From an uncultured bacterium (GTDB taxonomy: Bacteria; Oederibacteriota; PGYV01; CAWJRG01), in the NCBI GenBank assembly GCA_963845185.1, contig CAWJRG010000005.1, positions 224,001 to 288,000 on the forward strand: DNA of 64,000 bases, given 5' to 3'. The notes under the pieces were generated by a model. That model worked only from the letters and a program-made list of their open reading frames with translations, was not told where the DNA came from and searched no databases. The translations under genes and the position numbers were made by a program. Below are positions 20,176 through 30,600 of this stretch, one piece after another. Every line of letters begins with the position of its first letter. The first letter of the stretch is position 1.

Positions 20176-20357
20176 TCCCACTTTCTGCCTTATTATATCC
20201 CTAGCATCCCACCCATGTCAACATAAAAATAAATAAATTTTATGCGTAAACATAGGCAAAATAGGGGCTTTATTAAAGGTTTATGAGGTTTTTGTTAAAA
20301 ATCGGTTAACGGATTTTGCTGCGGATTAAACTTTTCCCGATTCCACTTTATCCCACT
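20176..20357 (-). promoter_or_regulatory. dcw promoter with MraZ-box repeats
   Basis: TTGACA (20221-20216), 18 nt, TATAAT (20197-20192). GTGG(G/A)A repeats at 20176-81, 20207-12, 20341-46 and 20351-56 match MraZ operators. Confidence 0.8.
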
Positions 20358-20372
20358 CTATATTTCATTATA

Positions 20373-21113
20373 CTATCTTAAACTGCATTCATAAAACACT
20401 ATTGCCGCTGAAGCCGCGACGTTTAAGGAATCTATCCTCATTTCAGGATATTCTATCTTAACTTTGTAATCGGCAATAGCTTTTATCGTAGGCGTTACCC
20501 CTTTGCCCTCATTGCCAAAAACAATTATAGCTTTTTCATCAAGGTGTTTCTTGATATTTCTTACATTTTCGCCGTCATCAACGTCTGTTATGATTATTTT
20601 AAATTCCTCTTTTAATCCGTGCAAATCTTTCTGGCTTATATCATTATGATTGATTAAAAAAACCGCCCCTGCAGACGACCTTATTGCTTTCTCGCTAAAA
20701 ATATAAGCGCAGTTTAAAAACATATAATCCTTAAACCCGAATGCCGCGCCGCTTCTTATTATGGCTCCCATGTTTGCCGGGTCCTGGATATTGTCGAGAA
20801 GTATAAGTATCCCTTTATCCTCTATATTTTCAATCTTATGTTCTTTTGCAATTGCTATTGCAAGGAAATTTTGATGAGTTTTTACGGATGCAAATTTATC
20901 AATATAATTTCCTTTTACTTTTTCAGCTTTGCTGCCTATTGTGTCTTTAAATCTTTTTAAAATGTCTGTGCCTTTATCGGAATATAAAAAATGCTTTATT
21001 TCAATATTGTTATTTATTACTTCTTCCAGTATTTTCTCAGTGTCAATAATAATATAATTGCCTTTTTTTATTTCCTTTTTATCGCTTAGCAAATTGTATA
21101 GTTCCTTGCGCAT
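20373..21113 (-). CDS. TrmH/SpoU family RNA methyltransferase
   Basis: LDNIQDPANMGAIIRS, FGNEGKG, SLNVAAS. Confidence 0.92.
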   Translation of the reverse strand: MRKELYNLLSDKKEIKKGNYIIIDTEKILEEVINNNIEIKHFLYSDKGTDILKRFKDTIGSKAEKVKGNYIDKFASVKTHQNFLAIAIAKEHKIENIEDKGILILLDNIQDPANMGAIIRSGAAFGFKDYMFLNCAYIFSEKAIRSSAGAVFLINHNDISQKDLHGLKEEFKIIITDVDDGENVRNIKKHLDEKAIIVFGNEGKGVTPTIKAIADYKVKIEYPEMRIDSLNVAASAAIVFYECSLR

Positions 21114-21174
21114 GTTTTTTGCCTCTTCATTTTGTTTTCTTTTAATTTCCGGCTCTTGTTCCTAGTCGCACTTC

Positions 21175-21238
21175 GTCTCTTAGTTTCTAAGTCTCATGTC
21201 TCTTGGTTTTGAACTTAGAAACCCAGAGACTTAGAGAC
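21175..21238. repeat. Short tandem octamer repeats in inverted arrangement
   Basis: gtctctta gtttctaa gtctcat gtctcttg ... cttagaaa cccagaga cttagaga. Confidence 0.6.
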
Positions 21239-21242
21239 ATAT

Positions 21243-23483
21243 TTATTTCACTTTGAATTTTTCGATGCTTATTGCATAATCAGTTTTTAATTCAGGCAGT
21301 TCAATCCTTAATTTAGATCCATCTCTGTCAATGATGTCTTCCTTTGTTTTTAAATATTTTCCATTGTAAGTATCGTAAAACTTGATTACGTATCTTCCTT
21401 TTCTTAAATCCATTATGTCAATATGTGCGCCTGTTACCGGGTCCGGGTTCAGGCTGCCCCAGTTATACCCGGCATTTTTCACCCAGATATAAGCTGAATT
21501 TCTGCTCTGAAGTCCGGATACAAATACAGGCGCAAGTCCCGAATTAATGTAATTTTCTATTTTTATATATTCAATTTTTATCCAGTCTTTGCCTGTATTT
21601 GATAATTTTATTTCGTTATCGCCTCGTGGCACGTCTATCTCGAATGTTTTGTCTATGCCTATCGCCTGGTATACGTTCCATTGCGGGAAAAATTTAGCCT
21701 GCTGGAAATTAGCCGCGGTCATGCTTACGTGCAAGGCTTCTTGGCCGTTTAAATAAGCTGTAAAATCACCGGAATCTGATACGGCCGATACTTTCACGAC
21801 AAACTTTATCGGCTGGTCATTTTTCAGAAAAAATACCGGGTCATTTTTAAGTTTGGCGTTGGCATCTCCCTGTAAAAAGCATATTAAAAACCTCTTGTTG
21901 TCTATTTTCCCGTCCTTATTGATTACAAATTTGTTTTCCTTGGCACGGCCCCACGAATCCGTCGGGTAAATCATCAGGTCTGTTGATTTTGTCTCGCTCC
22001 CTTTCTTCAGGAAAACATCGGTATTTTTTAGGTCATAAAACCCTGCTTTTATCCTGTTTATTTTTTTCGTGAAATCACAAAGCGGTTTGTAATACCTATA
22101 TAAATCATTCGGAGCTACGTAATTATCCCACCACCATGTCATTGGTGTCCCGAAAGAAAGCGTAAAAGCCCCTGCCCATATGGAGTTGTGGATATTTATT
22201 CCTTCTTTATCGAGCCCTTTTGTTATAAAGTCCGGCGTCGGGTCAATGCCGTATTCGGAGACTATATGGGGCTTTGGAAAGGTTTCAATCTTGTATTTAG
22301 AAATATCGCATATTTCCTCAGCCTCCTGCTTTAAATTGTAAATATGCGTTTGCGTAAAATCTACTCCCTTTAGGTTCCATATTATTTCTTCCTTGTAAGG
22401 GTCGGCAAAAGACGTGGATTTAAGATGCCTGTATATATCATATTTTAAGATACAATCAAACATTTCCCTGTGCCAGCTTGATGTTATTTCGGAATCATAA
22501 TTGTCCGTTAGGTCCACTTCGTTAAAAAGCTCCCATGCAAAAATATGCGTTGAGTATCCCCAGCGCGCTATTATATATCTTAACTTGTTTTTAAAGATAT
22601 TCATGGCGTTATCATCCGTAAAAAAATCCTCGGGTTTGTCAAGTATCCCGCCGTTTTTTGTGCTGTAAGGATTTTTATCCCATTCGCTGTTGTACTGTGT
22701 GGAAAATATTCCGTGCGGCACAAGGCAAAGCTCTATATAAATCCCCTTTCCCTCGCAAAGCCTGATAAGCTGGTCGAGCTGATAAGCCTGCAATTGTCTG
22801 CTTTCATAATTCCTCAGTTTCCCTTCCCATTCGATCTCATAACTCCACGGCGCCATCCAAACTCTGATTAAATTACCGCCGTTTTCGGCGAATCTGTCCA
22901 GCCATTCCGCATAATTAAGGTATCCTTTTTCTTTCGGCCATGCCATATCCATGGCATACGCAAAAAATGGCTCTTTATTGCTGTATTCCATAAAAAGAGG
23001 GTCCTGGGGGCTTACCCGGATAAAACCTTTATTGCCCTTATTTCCAGCGCATGTGAAATAAATCCACTGGCTTTCAAAAACGTCCTCGCTGCTTTTGTAA
23101 ATTTTTACCTGGCATGCCCATTTCCCCTGCTTTGACGGCGTGAACCTGACCTTAAAACTTTCAATACCCGGCGAATATGTATTTGCTGCTTTGTCGTAAT
23201 CAAAATTCTTGCAGTAAAAACCGTCCACAGTATAACTTTTTTTATCCGGGCTTTTGAATGTTGCCTCGACCCTTATTTCGTCAAAGTTATAGAAATTCGA
23301 AGGCTCCAAACCTGCCTTTACATTCAACTCAAAAAGTCCGTAAAGTTCCACCTTTTTTAAATTTTCCTGTATTGTTACGTCTATTGGATAAATTTTTATA
23401 TTTATCATAAATATACCTGCCAGCAGGATAATGATTTTAAGTGCATGTTTCATTTTATTTCCCATTTGTTTTCTTTTTGACAT
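21243..23483 (-). CDS. Secreted clan GH-A (GH5-like) glycoside hydrolase with N-terminal DUF5060 and C-terminal beta domains
   Basis: VRFTPSKQGKW (DUF5060), RYIIARWGYS, WELFNEVD (acid/base), IVSEYG (nucleophile); real start may be MKHALK. Confidence 0.75.
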   Translation of the reverse strand: MSKRKQMGNKMKHALKIIILLAGIFMINIKIYPIDVTIQENLKKVELYGLFELNVKAGLEPSNFYNFDEIRVEATFKSPDKKSYTVDGFYCKNFDYDKAANTYSPGIESFKVRFTPSKQGKWACQVKIYKSSEDVFESQWIYFTCAGNKGNKGFIRVSPQDPLFMEYSNKEPFFAYAMDMAWPKEKGYLNYAEWLDRFAENGGNLIRVWMAPWSYEIEWEGKLRNYESRQLQAYQLDQLIRLCEGKGIYIELCLVPHGIFSTQYNSEWDKNPYSTKNGGILDKPEDFFTDDNAMNIFKNKLRYIIARWGYSTHIFAWELFNEVDLTDNYDSEITSSWHREMFDCILKYDIYRHLKSTSFADPYKEEIIWNLKGVDFTQTHIYNLKQEAEEICDISKYKIETFPKPHIVSEYGIDPTPDFITKGLDKEGINIHNSIWAGAFTLSFGTPMTWWWDNYVAPNDLYRYYKPLCDFTKKINRIKAGFYDLKNTDVFLKKGSETKSTDLMIYPTDSWGRAKENKFVINKDGKIDNKRFLICFLQGDANAKLKNDPVFFLKNDQPIKFVVKVSAVSDSGDFTAYLNGQEALHVSMTAANFQQAKFFPQWNVYQAIGIDKTFEIDVPRGDNEIKLSNTGKDWIKIEYIKIENYINSGLAPVFVSGLQSRNSAYIWVKNAGYNWGSLNPDPVTGAHIDIMDLRKGRYVIKFYDTYNGKYLKTKEDIIDRDGSKLRIELPELKTDYAISIEKFKVK

Positions 23484-23547
23484 TTAGCATCCTTTTTTAT
23501 TAATCTTTCCATCCCTTACCCCTTACCACTCCCCCCTTACCTCTCAC

Positions 23548-24678
23548 TCACCATATCCCTCTGATTGGATAACCGCAATAACCGCATTTTCCATCCTTGA
23601 TGTTGTTCTCAAGTATGGTATATCCATAGCGCTTTATTACTATTTTACCACAATGCGGGCAGTATGTGCTCTCATAAATGTTGCCCGGCAGATTTCCGAT
23701 ATAGACATACTGCAACCCCTCTTCTTTTGCGATGTCGTGTGCCCTTGTCAGTGTTGATTCATCGGTCGCAGGCAGGTTTGACAGCAAATACTGCGGGTAA
23801 AACCTTGTAAAAAACAGGGGCGTGTCTTCACCCATGTTTGCCTTTATCCACCTGCTCATTTGCCTTATCTCATCCATGTTGTCGTTCAGGCCGGGCACAA
23901 CAAGGTTTACCAGTTCGGTTAATTTGTTGTTTGCTTTCAAAATTTTCAGCGTTGAAAGAATATCTGAAAGCCTGCAGCCAACTGTTTTCCTGTAAAAACC
24001 GTCGTCAAACCCCTTTAAATCTATTTTAACCACGTCAAGGTACGGCAGCAGTTTTTCAAGCGGCTCTTTGTTTATATACCCGCCTGATATAAAAACATTA
24101 TATATCCCTTTTTCTTTCGCGAGCTTTGCCGTGTCATAAACATATTCATAAAAAATTACCGGCTCAGAATATGTATATGCTATGGATTCGCACTTATAAT
24201 ATTCCGCATTTTCCACCACTTTATCAGGAAGCATAATGTCATAAGCCGCATCTTCCGGATTACACTGCGATAACTGCCAATTCTGGCAGAAATCGCACCT
24301 TAAGTTGCACCCGTTTGTGGCTATTGAAAAAGCCTGAGAGCCTGGCTTTAAGTGGTAAACAGGTTTTTTTTCAATCGGGTCTATTGCTACTGATTTTGGC
24401 AGGCCGTAAACCATGGTATAAAGTTTGTCGCCGGTATTAATCCTGACCCTGCATTTCCCCCTGTACCCTTCGGGCAGGAAACATTCCTTCGGGCACAGGT
24501 CGCACTGCACACCGTTGCATGTAGTATGGTAAAACATCGCTTCTCTTATTGTCTGGCTTTTATCCAAAAAAACTTTTTTGTTAAAAAAAGCAGGGGCTGT
24601 TGTTATAAAAGTCGCGGCTAAGGTAATATTTAAAGTCAGTATGATAAATGCCTTTATTATTGGGATTTTTTCCTTCAT
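23548..24678 (-). CDS. amrS: AmmeMemoRadiSam system radical SAM enzyme
   Basis: VQCDLCPKEC, DPIEKKP, CNLRCDFCQNW, YTYSEP, TYCPHC; start placed at MKEKIP. Confidence 0.9.
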   Translation of the reverse strand: MKEKIPIIKAFIILTLNITLAATFITTAPAFFNKKVFLDKSQTIREAMFYHTTCNGVQCDLCPKECFLPEGYRGKCRVRINTGDKLYTMVYGLPKSVAIDPIEKKPVYHLKPGSQAFSIATNGCNLRCDFCQNWQLSQCNPEDAAYDIMLPDKVVENAEYYKCESIAYTYSEPVIFYEYVYDTAKLAKEKGIYNVFISGGYINKEPLEKLLPYLDVVKIDLKGFDDGFYRKTVGCRLSDILSTLKILKANNKLTELVNLVVPGLNDNMDEIRQMSRWIKANMGEDTPLFFTRFYPQYLLSNLPATDESTLTRAHDIAKEEGLQYVYIGNLPGNIYESTYCPHCGKIVIKRYGYTILENNIKDGKCGYCGYPIRGIW

Positions 24679-25322
24679 TTTTTTACCCCTAAAGTTTTTG
24701 CAACCGCTGTGCAAAAAGGCGCTAGACCAATAATCATGCCCGCCATAAAAATACCCCAGTAAAAATGCGACGGGTATTTATTATGCACAACGTCGGGCAC
24801 GCATGTTATAAATGAAATAATAACAATAATCCCTCCTGTTATTTCCATTAGCCATAACCACTTCGTTTGGTAAAACTCCCCGTTTTTGTTAATAAAATAG
24901 ATTAACAGAAGTGCCGCTGTGATAAGGGTAAGTGATACTAAAAGCGGTGCAAGCACCGGCCCAACCCATACGACAGGTATAAAAAACAACACATCCATAG
25001 TAAAAAAATTTGGCGGCCAGTTCAATATTGCTTTAAGGCCGATATAATAAACTACATCCCATATGCCGAATATATAAGCGAAATAAGCGAATTTTTCCAA
25101 TTTTGTCTTGCCTGCGATTATAGCTACGCCGAGAATCATTATTATGGTGGCAAACTCCCTTGACACTTCGGTTGCCAGTATCCTTCCAGCAATGGTTTTC
25201 AAAGGAAAATCAAAGCCTTCCGGATACAATAATCCGCGCAAATAAACCACCACGGCTGCCTCAAGATATCCCATGGCTGCCGCGTACAGGAATACCCAGA
25301 ATAGTATTCTTTTATAATTCAT
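24675..25322 (-). CDS. Conserved multi-pass membrane protein
   Basis: AMGYLEAAVVVYLR, FGIWDVVYY, FFIPVVWVGPV; about 6 TM segments. Confidence 0.75.
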   Translation of the reverse strand: MNYKRILFWVFLYAAAMGYLEAAVVVYLRGLLYPEGFDFPLKTIAGRILATEVSREFATIIMILGVAIIAGKTKLEKFAYFAYIFGIWDVVYYIGLKAILNWPPNFFTMDVLFFIPVVWVGPVLAPLLVSLTLITAALLLIYFINKNGEFYQTKWLWLMEITGGIIVIISFITCVPDVVHNKYPSHFYWGIFMAGMIIGLAPFCTAVAKTLGVKK

Positions 25323-25387
25323 ATTTCACCAGTCGTCCCGTGAAAAAATATTATCCTTCGCAGTGATTTATTGAGCATACCTAATGG

Positions 25388-25840
25388 CTATTGAAAATAA
25401 AATCTGGCTCCCAGTCCCCATTGCAGTGTAAACCACATGCCTGGCAGGACATTCAAAGACGGCGCAACTTCAAGAAATATATCAATAGGCGCGTCACTAA
25501 AAAGATAGCTCATGCCGAACGGCACCCTTACCCCTAAATCTCCCGAGCTGCCCGACGCTCCTCCGAAAGCACCGATCCCAAAATAAAGCGGCATTGACCC
25601 TTCCCTGAGTTTTATTATTTTAAAATTATGGATAAGGTAGTCGATATGCATGTCAATGTATGAACCAAGCCACCATCCTACGGCGGCGTCTATTGCCGTA
25701 TTTTTCGACTGCCACAGTTTAAAACTTAACCCTGTAGGGTCACCTACTATAACGCCCAATCCAAAATCCCTGTGCCAGGCTAAAGCAGAAGCCGAAAAAG
25801 TAATTGATAAAACGAGCAAAAGCAAAATAACTTTTTTCAT
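25388..25840 (-). CDS. Small outer-membrane beta-barrel protein (DUF3996-like)
   Basis: Signal peptide, GLGVIVGDPTGLSFK, GVRVPFG, C-terminal GARFYF. Confidence 0.75.
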   Translation of the reverse strand: MKKVILLLLVLSITFSASALAWHRDFGLGVIVGDPTGLSFKLWQSKNTAIDAAVGWWLGSYIDMHIDYLIHNFKIIKLREGSMPLYFGIGAFGGASGSSGDLGVRVPFGMSYLFSDAPIDIFLEVAPSLNVLPGMWFTLQWGLGARFYFQ

Positions 25841-26016
25841 ATTTTCCTCCTCGCAGGTATTTTACGCAAATTTTACTGCCTATTCCAGTTTTGCCTTGAT
25901 ATACATATATTTATACCCGCATTATATTTGTAATTAATGTCAATTATGCTATAATATATATTGTACTGTCAATATAAAAAACCAAAGACAAAAGAAATGC
26001 TCAAGGAGCAAAAGAA

Positions 26017-26916
26017 ATGGAAATATACATAACAGGCGGGACTGGCTTTATAGGCAGCTATGTAGTAAAAGAACTATGCGGCAATAAGAATAATATTACT
26101 GTACTCGCCCGCAATCCCAATAAAGTTCCGGCCCTGGCAAACCTGCCTAATGTCACTGTTAAAAAAGCAAATATGCTCGATTACAAGGCGGTTGAAAAAT
26201 CAATAAACAATATTGACGCGCTTGTGCATATCGCGCTGTCCTGGGGCGATACCGGGCCTGATATGATAAAAAACGAAACTTTATCTTCAGTCAAAATCAT
26301 AGACATTGCCCTTAAAAAAGGCGCAAAAAAAATCATCTTCACGTCCTCCACTGCTGCCCAGGGTTCAATAAAAAAAGACACTGATGAAACCGCAAAAATG
26401 CGTCCCAATGATTTTTACGGGGCGACAAAAGGAGCGGTTGAACTTTTCATGGATGCGTATTCAAGTTATTACCCCAATATTTGCCTGAATGTAATAAGGC
26501 CCGGTTATACTTTCGGCAACCCTGCTGTAGAGGGCGGTTCCATCGAGTCCGACGTCCGTTTTAAAACAATCTGCTCAAACGCGAAGTTTGGAAGGCCGAT
26601 AGAAGTTACAAAAACAGACGGCACGCAATTTATATGGGCAGGAGACCTTGCCGTGATATACAAAAAAGTCCTGAATAGCCGCTTAAAAAACCAGGTCTTT
26701 TACGGCTTGGGAAGTAAATTCATAACATGGGAACAGGTTGCGCAATGGGCTGTTGAAACCGCAAAAGGCAAAAGCAGGATTAAAGTTATCGACAGGGGCT
26801 GGTCAAAAAATCCGCCTTTTTACAGAGTGGATAAAATCAGGAAATATTTTGGTTTGTCTTTTAACCCGGCTGAAAAAATCAAAAAACACATCGAGTATCT
26901 CCTGGATATTTCGTAA
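26017..26916 (+). CDS. NAD-dependent epimerase/dehydratase (extended SDR)
   Basis: TGGTGFIG, YGATK. Confidence 0.9.
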   Translation: MEIYITGGTGFIGSYVVKELCGNKNNITVLARNPNKVPALANLPNVTVKKANMLDYKAVEKSINNIDALVHIALSWGDTGPDMIKNETLSSVKIIDIALKKGAKKIIFTSSTAAQGSIKKDTDETAKMRPNDFYGATKGAVELFMDAYSSYYPNICLNVIRPGYTFGNPAVEGGSIESDVRFKTICSNAKFGRPIEVTKTDGTQFIWAGDLAVIYKKVLNSRLKNQVFYGLGSKFITWEQVAQWAVETAKGKSRIKVIDRGWSKNPPFYRVDKIRKYFGLSFNPAEKIKKHIEYLLDIS

Positions 26917-26935
26917 TTTGGCGTCCTGTGGAACC

Positions 26936-27110
26936 CCGCCGACGGGAGTCGGCGGCTCCTTTAGAAACCACCGGAGGTTATCATAAGTTCCCTCAGGAAA
27001 GGCTATAGTCCCGAGCGAAGTCGAGCGGATATAATTCATCCCCCAACCGGAGTTGGGGGATTTCTTTCTGGATTATTTATCCCCTTTAATAAAGGGGACA
27101 CAGGGGATTT
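26936..27110. repeat. Cluster of palindromic REP-like elements between convergent genes
   Basis: ccgccgac/gtcggcgg; gtcccgagcgaagtcgag; atcccccaac/gttgggggat; tcccctttaataaagggga. Confidence 0.7.
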
Positions 27111-27194
27111 GCCTTTATGGTTTTTGTTTCAAATTTCTAAATCTAGCTCCACATCCCACGCCGCAAATCGCACTTATTTTACCTCACGCTTCTT

Positions 27195-27425
27195 TTACTC
27201 TGACGCTATCACCTTTGTTACTTCCGGAATTTCTTCTTTTAAACGCGCTTCTACCCCGCCGCTCAGTGTCATTATTGCCATCGGGCACCCGTGGCACGCG
27301 CCTGTAAGCTTGACTTTTACTTCTCCTGTTTTTTCGTCAACATCTATAAGCTCCAAATCCCCGCCATCTGCCTGCAGGAACGGCCTTATTTCATTTAAAA
27401 CTTTTTCGACTTTTTCCTTCAACAT
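27195..27425 (-). CDS. NifU/NfuA C-terminal domain Fe-S scaffold protein
   Basis: [18 protein letters not shown]. Confidence 0.93.
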   Translation of the reverse strand: MLKEKVEKVLNEIRPFLQADGGDLELIDVDEKTGEVKVKLTGACHGCPMAIMTLSGGVEARLKEEIPEVTKVIASE

Positions 27426-27437
27426 ATAAGCCTCCTT

Positions 27438-27534
27438 AGTAAGCGTTATTTTGCCAAACCGGTTACACCGCAGGCAAAATACTACTCTTACTTGTCCCCA
27501 CTCAAGTCCTTTGCCTGCAAAGGACGAGCGGGAC
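27438..27534 (-). repeat. Family A SD-abutting double hairpin (nifU-like leader)
   Basis: agtaagag-tag-tattttgcc..ggcaaaata-a-cgcttact directly followed by AAGGAGG. Confidence 0.88.
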
Positions 27535-27659
27535 TAATTTCAAAAATCTTTCTGATATTATATTTTTATCACATAAGCTGTTTAAAGTCAAAGATTTTAC
27601 GGAAAAATATGATATGTGTGGATTATTTATCCATGCAACCTTGGAAATAAAACAATATT

Positions 27660-30600
27660 TTAATTATAAATCACAAAAATTTTGCCTTCGATAGCGCTGC
27701 TTCCCGGGTTTGTAATAACGAAATAATAAATGCCGGGAGACACTTTTTCACCATACCTGTTTTTACCGTCCCAGTACGCAATGATACTCTGAGCCTCGAT
27801 GGATGAAACCAGTTCGCCGGATATAGTGTAAATCTGTATTGAGCAGCCGGGTACCACATTTTCAAATTTCAGCATGCCTCCGATAGCCCTGTTCGGGTTA
27901 TATGGGTTTGGATAGACAACAGGCTTGCCCTCGGGGTAAAAACTGTTGTTTGAGTAAACGGGCGGGTGCTTGGTGACGTTGTAAAACGGGTCGTTGTAAT
28001 TAATGACCATGATATTGGTGACAGGCAGTTTTGCCGGGTCAAAGGAAGTTAAATCAACAGTAAATTGAACAACTATGGACTGTCCCGGCGCAAGTGTTCC
28101 TGCAGTTCCTGTCAGGTTCCACGCGATGTAATTGCCGGATATGGTAGGAGTCGGGACAAGCGGCAGGCTGATAGATACCAAAGAAAGCTCTCCCGGAAGC
28201 GTGTCCCATATAGAAATGTTGCTGATAGTTGTGTTTGAAGTATTGTCAATGACAAGGGTATAGGTAATTTTGGCGCCGAGCCTCGGGTTGTCGCCGCTAA
28301 CAGATAGCGAAACAGAAGGCGTGACAGGCGTGTTGATATTGGGCGTAGCCGTGATGGTGTATGTGGCTGTTATGGTCGGGGATGAAGTGCGCGTCAATGT
28401 TTCAGTAACCGTGTATGTGTAGGTATATGTAACTGTATGAGTGTAAGTTGAAGTCGGTGACAGCGTGTCTGTATATGTGCGGGTGACCGTAGGCGTGGAT
28501 GTCGAGGTAAATGTCATTGTTATAGTGCGCGTGTCAGTGTCTGTAGGTGTATTTGTGAAAGTGTAAGTGGAAGTCATGGTCGGGCTGTAGGTCGGCGTGG
28601 AAGTGAGAGTATCTATCGGCGAATCCGTATATGTGGGCGTTGCTGTAAACGTGTCAGTGAAAGTATCGGTGATTGTGACTGTATATGTATATGTGAGGGT
28701 AACAGTTCCGGTATAAGTCAATGTGGCTGTTTTTGTGTTGGTATATGTCGGCGTGGCTGTCAGGGTCGGGCTGTCAGTATATGTGGGAGTAAATGTAGCT
28801 GATACTATGACCGTGGTGTATGTCGGTGTTATGGTATATGTGGACGTCAGCGTTATGGTATATGTGTAAGTATATGTTGATGTGGGAGTAAATGTTGGCG
28901 TAGATGTCATGGTGTGTGTATAGGTCGGCGTGTCTGTAGGTGTTATTGTGTAAGTCGGCGTAAATGTCGCTGATAATATTACCTGGGTAAATGTCATTGT
29001 TATTGTGTAAGTCGGCGTTTGTGTATCAGTCAGCGTTGCTGTATATGTATAAGTATATGTGATTGTATGCGTCAATGTCGGCGTTGACGTCATGGTTATT
29101 GTGTCTGTAGGAGTTATCGTGTATGTCGGCGTAAATGTGGCTGATATTATTACCACAGTATAAGTCATTGTTATTGTGTAAGTCGGCGTGCTTGTGCTTG
29201 TCAGAGTGACTGTATCGGTATAAGTGTATGTGGCAGTGTTGGTGTAAGTAGGCGTACTTGTCCGCGTGTATGTCGCTGAAACTGTATTTGTCAGTGTCGG
29301 GCTGAAGGTAGGCGTATCTGTCAGAGTAATTGTATATGTATAAGTATATGTCACTGTGCTGGTTAAAGATGGCGTCGATGTTTTGGTTATCGTGTCTGTC
29401 GGAGTTGCCGTGTATGTTGGGGTTATTGTCGCTGATACTATTACCACGGTATAAGTCATTGTTATGGTATAGGTCGGCGTTGATGTGCTTGTGAATGTAG
29501 GCGTATCAGTTAGTGTGATCGTAGATGTATAAGTATATGTTACTGTGCGCGTGTAAGATGATGTCGGCGATAAAGTGTTTGTGTATGTAGGTGTAGCTGT
29601 TGGCGTGTCTGTCTGTGTGTAGGTAGGCGTATATGTCCTGGTAAATGTCATGGAAGTCGTGATTGTTGATGTTGGAGTCGGAGTCTGTGTATCAGTCAGC
29701 GTGATTGTATATGTGTAAGTATATGTAACTGTGTTGGTTGACGATGGCGTTGATGTTTTAGTTATCGTGTCTGTAGGAGTTATCGTATATGTTGGGGTTA
29801 TGGTTGCTGATATTATTACCACAGTATAAGTCATGGTTATAGTATATGTGGGGGTTATTGTGCTTGTGATTGTCGGCGTATCAGTCAGCGTGATTGTATA
29901 TGTGTAAGTATATGTGGCTGTACGTGTATAAGAAGATGTCGGCGACAGAGTGTTTGTGTAGGTAGGCGTTGCGGTTGGTGTGTCTGACTGTGTGTAGGTA
30001 GGCGTATATGTCCTGGTGAAGGTCATGGAAGTAGTAATTGTTGATGTTGGAGTAGGAGTTGGCGTATCAGTCAGCGTGATTGTATATGTGTAAGTATATG
30101 TTACTGTTTGTGTGTAAGAAGATGTCGGCGACAGAGTGTTTGTATATGTAGGCGTTGCTGTGGGTGTAGGCGTCTGCGTGTATGTCAACGTATTTGTTCT
30201 GGTAAATGTAACAGACACTGTATTTGTTACTGATAATGTGGATGTCGGTGTTGTAGTTATTGTTGCCGTATATGTGTAAGTATAAGTCACCGTTCGTGTG
30301 TATGTGCAAGTGGGCGATAGCGTGTTTGTACATGTAGCAGTGGCGCTTGGCGTTGGAGAAGGAGTGTTTGTCAATGTTACTGTTTCTGTGTTTGTCCGCG
30401 TGCCTGTGGAAGTAGCCGTGTACGAAAATGTATACGTCGCTGTCACAGTGTATGTGTAGGTCGGCGACATTGTAATTGTAGCTGTTGGCGTGTTTGTCCT
30501 TGTAGCTGTATATGAAGGTGTTGAAGGTATTGTGCTGGTAAAAGTAGCACTTGAAGTTGGTGTTATTGTAGTCGTATTTGTCCTAGTAGCTGTAACTGTG

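Noticed and set aside
25851..25880. Weak hairpin next to the SD of the small OMP gene, resembling family A
   Set aside because: Too short and imperfect to assign without a covariance model
26738..27429. Several short ORFs over the palindrome cluster (other than the nifU-like gene)
   Set aside because: No recognisable motifs; they translate repeats or are antisense/overlapping to real genes
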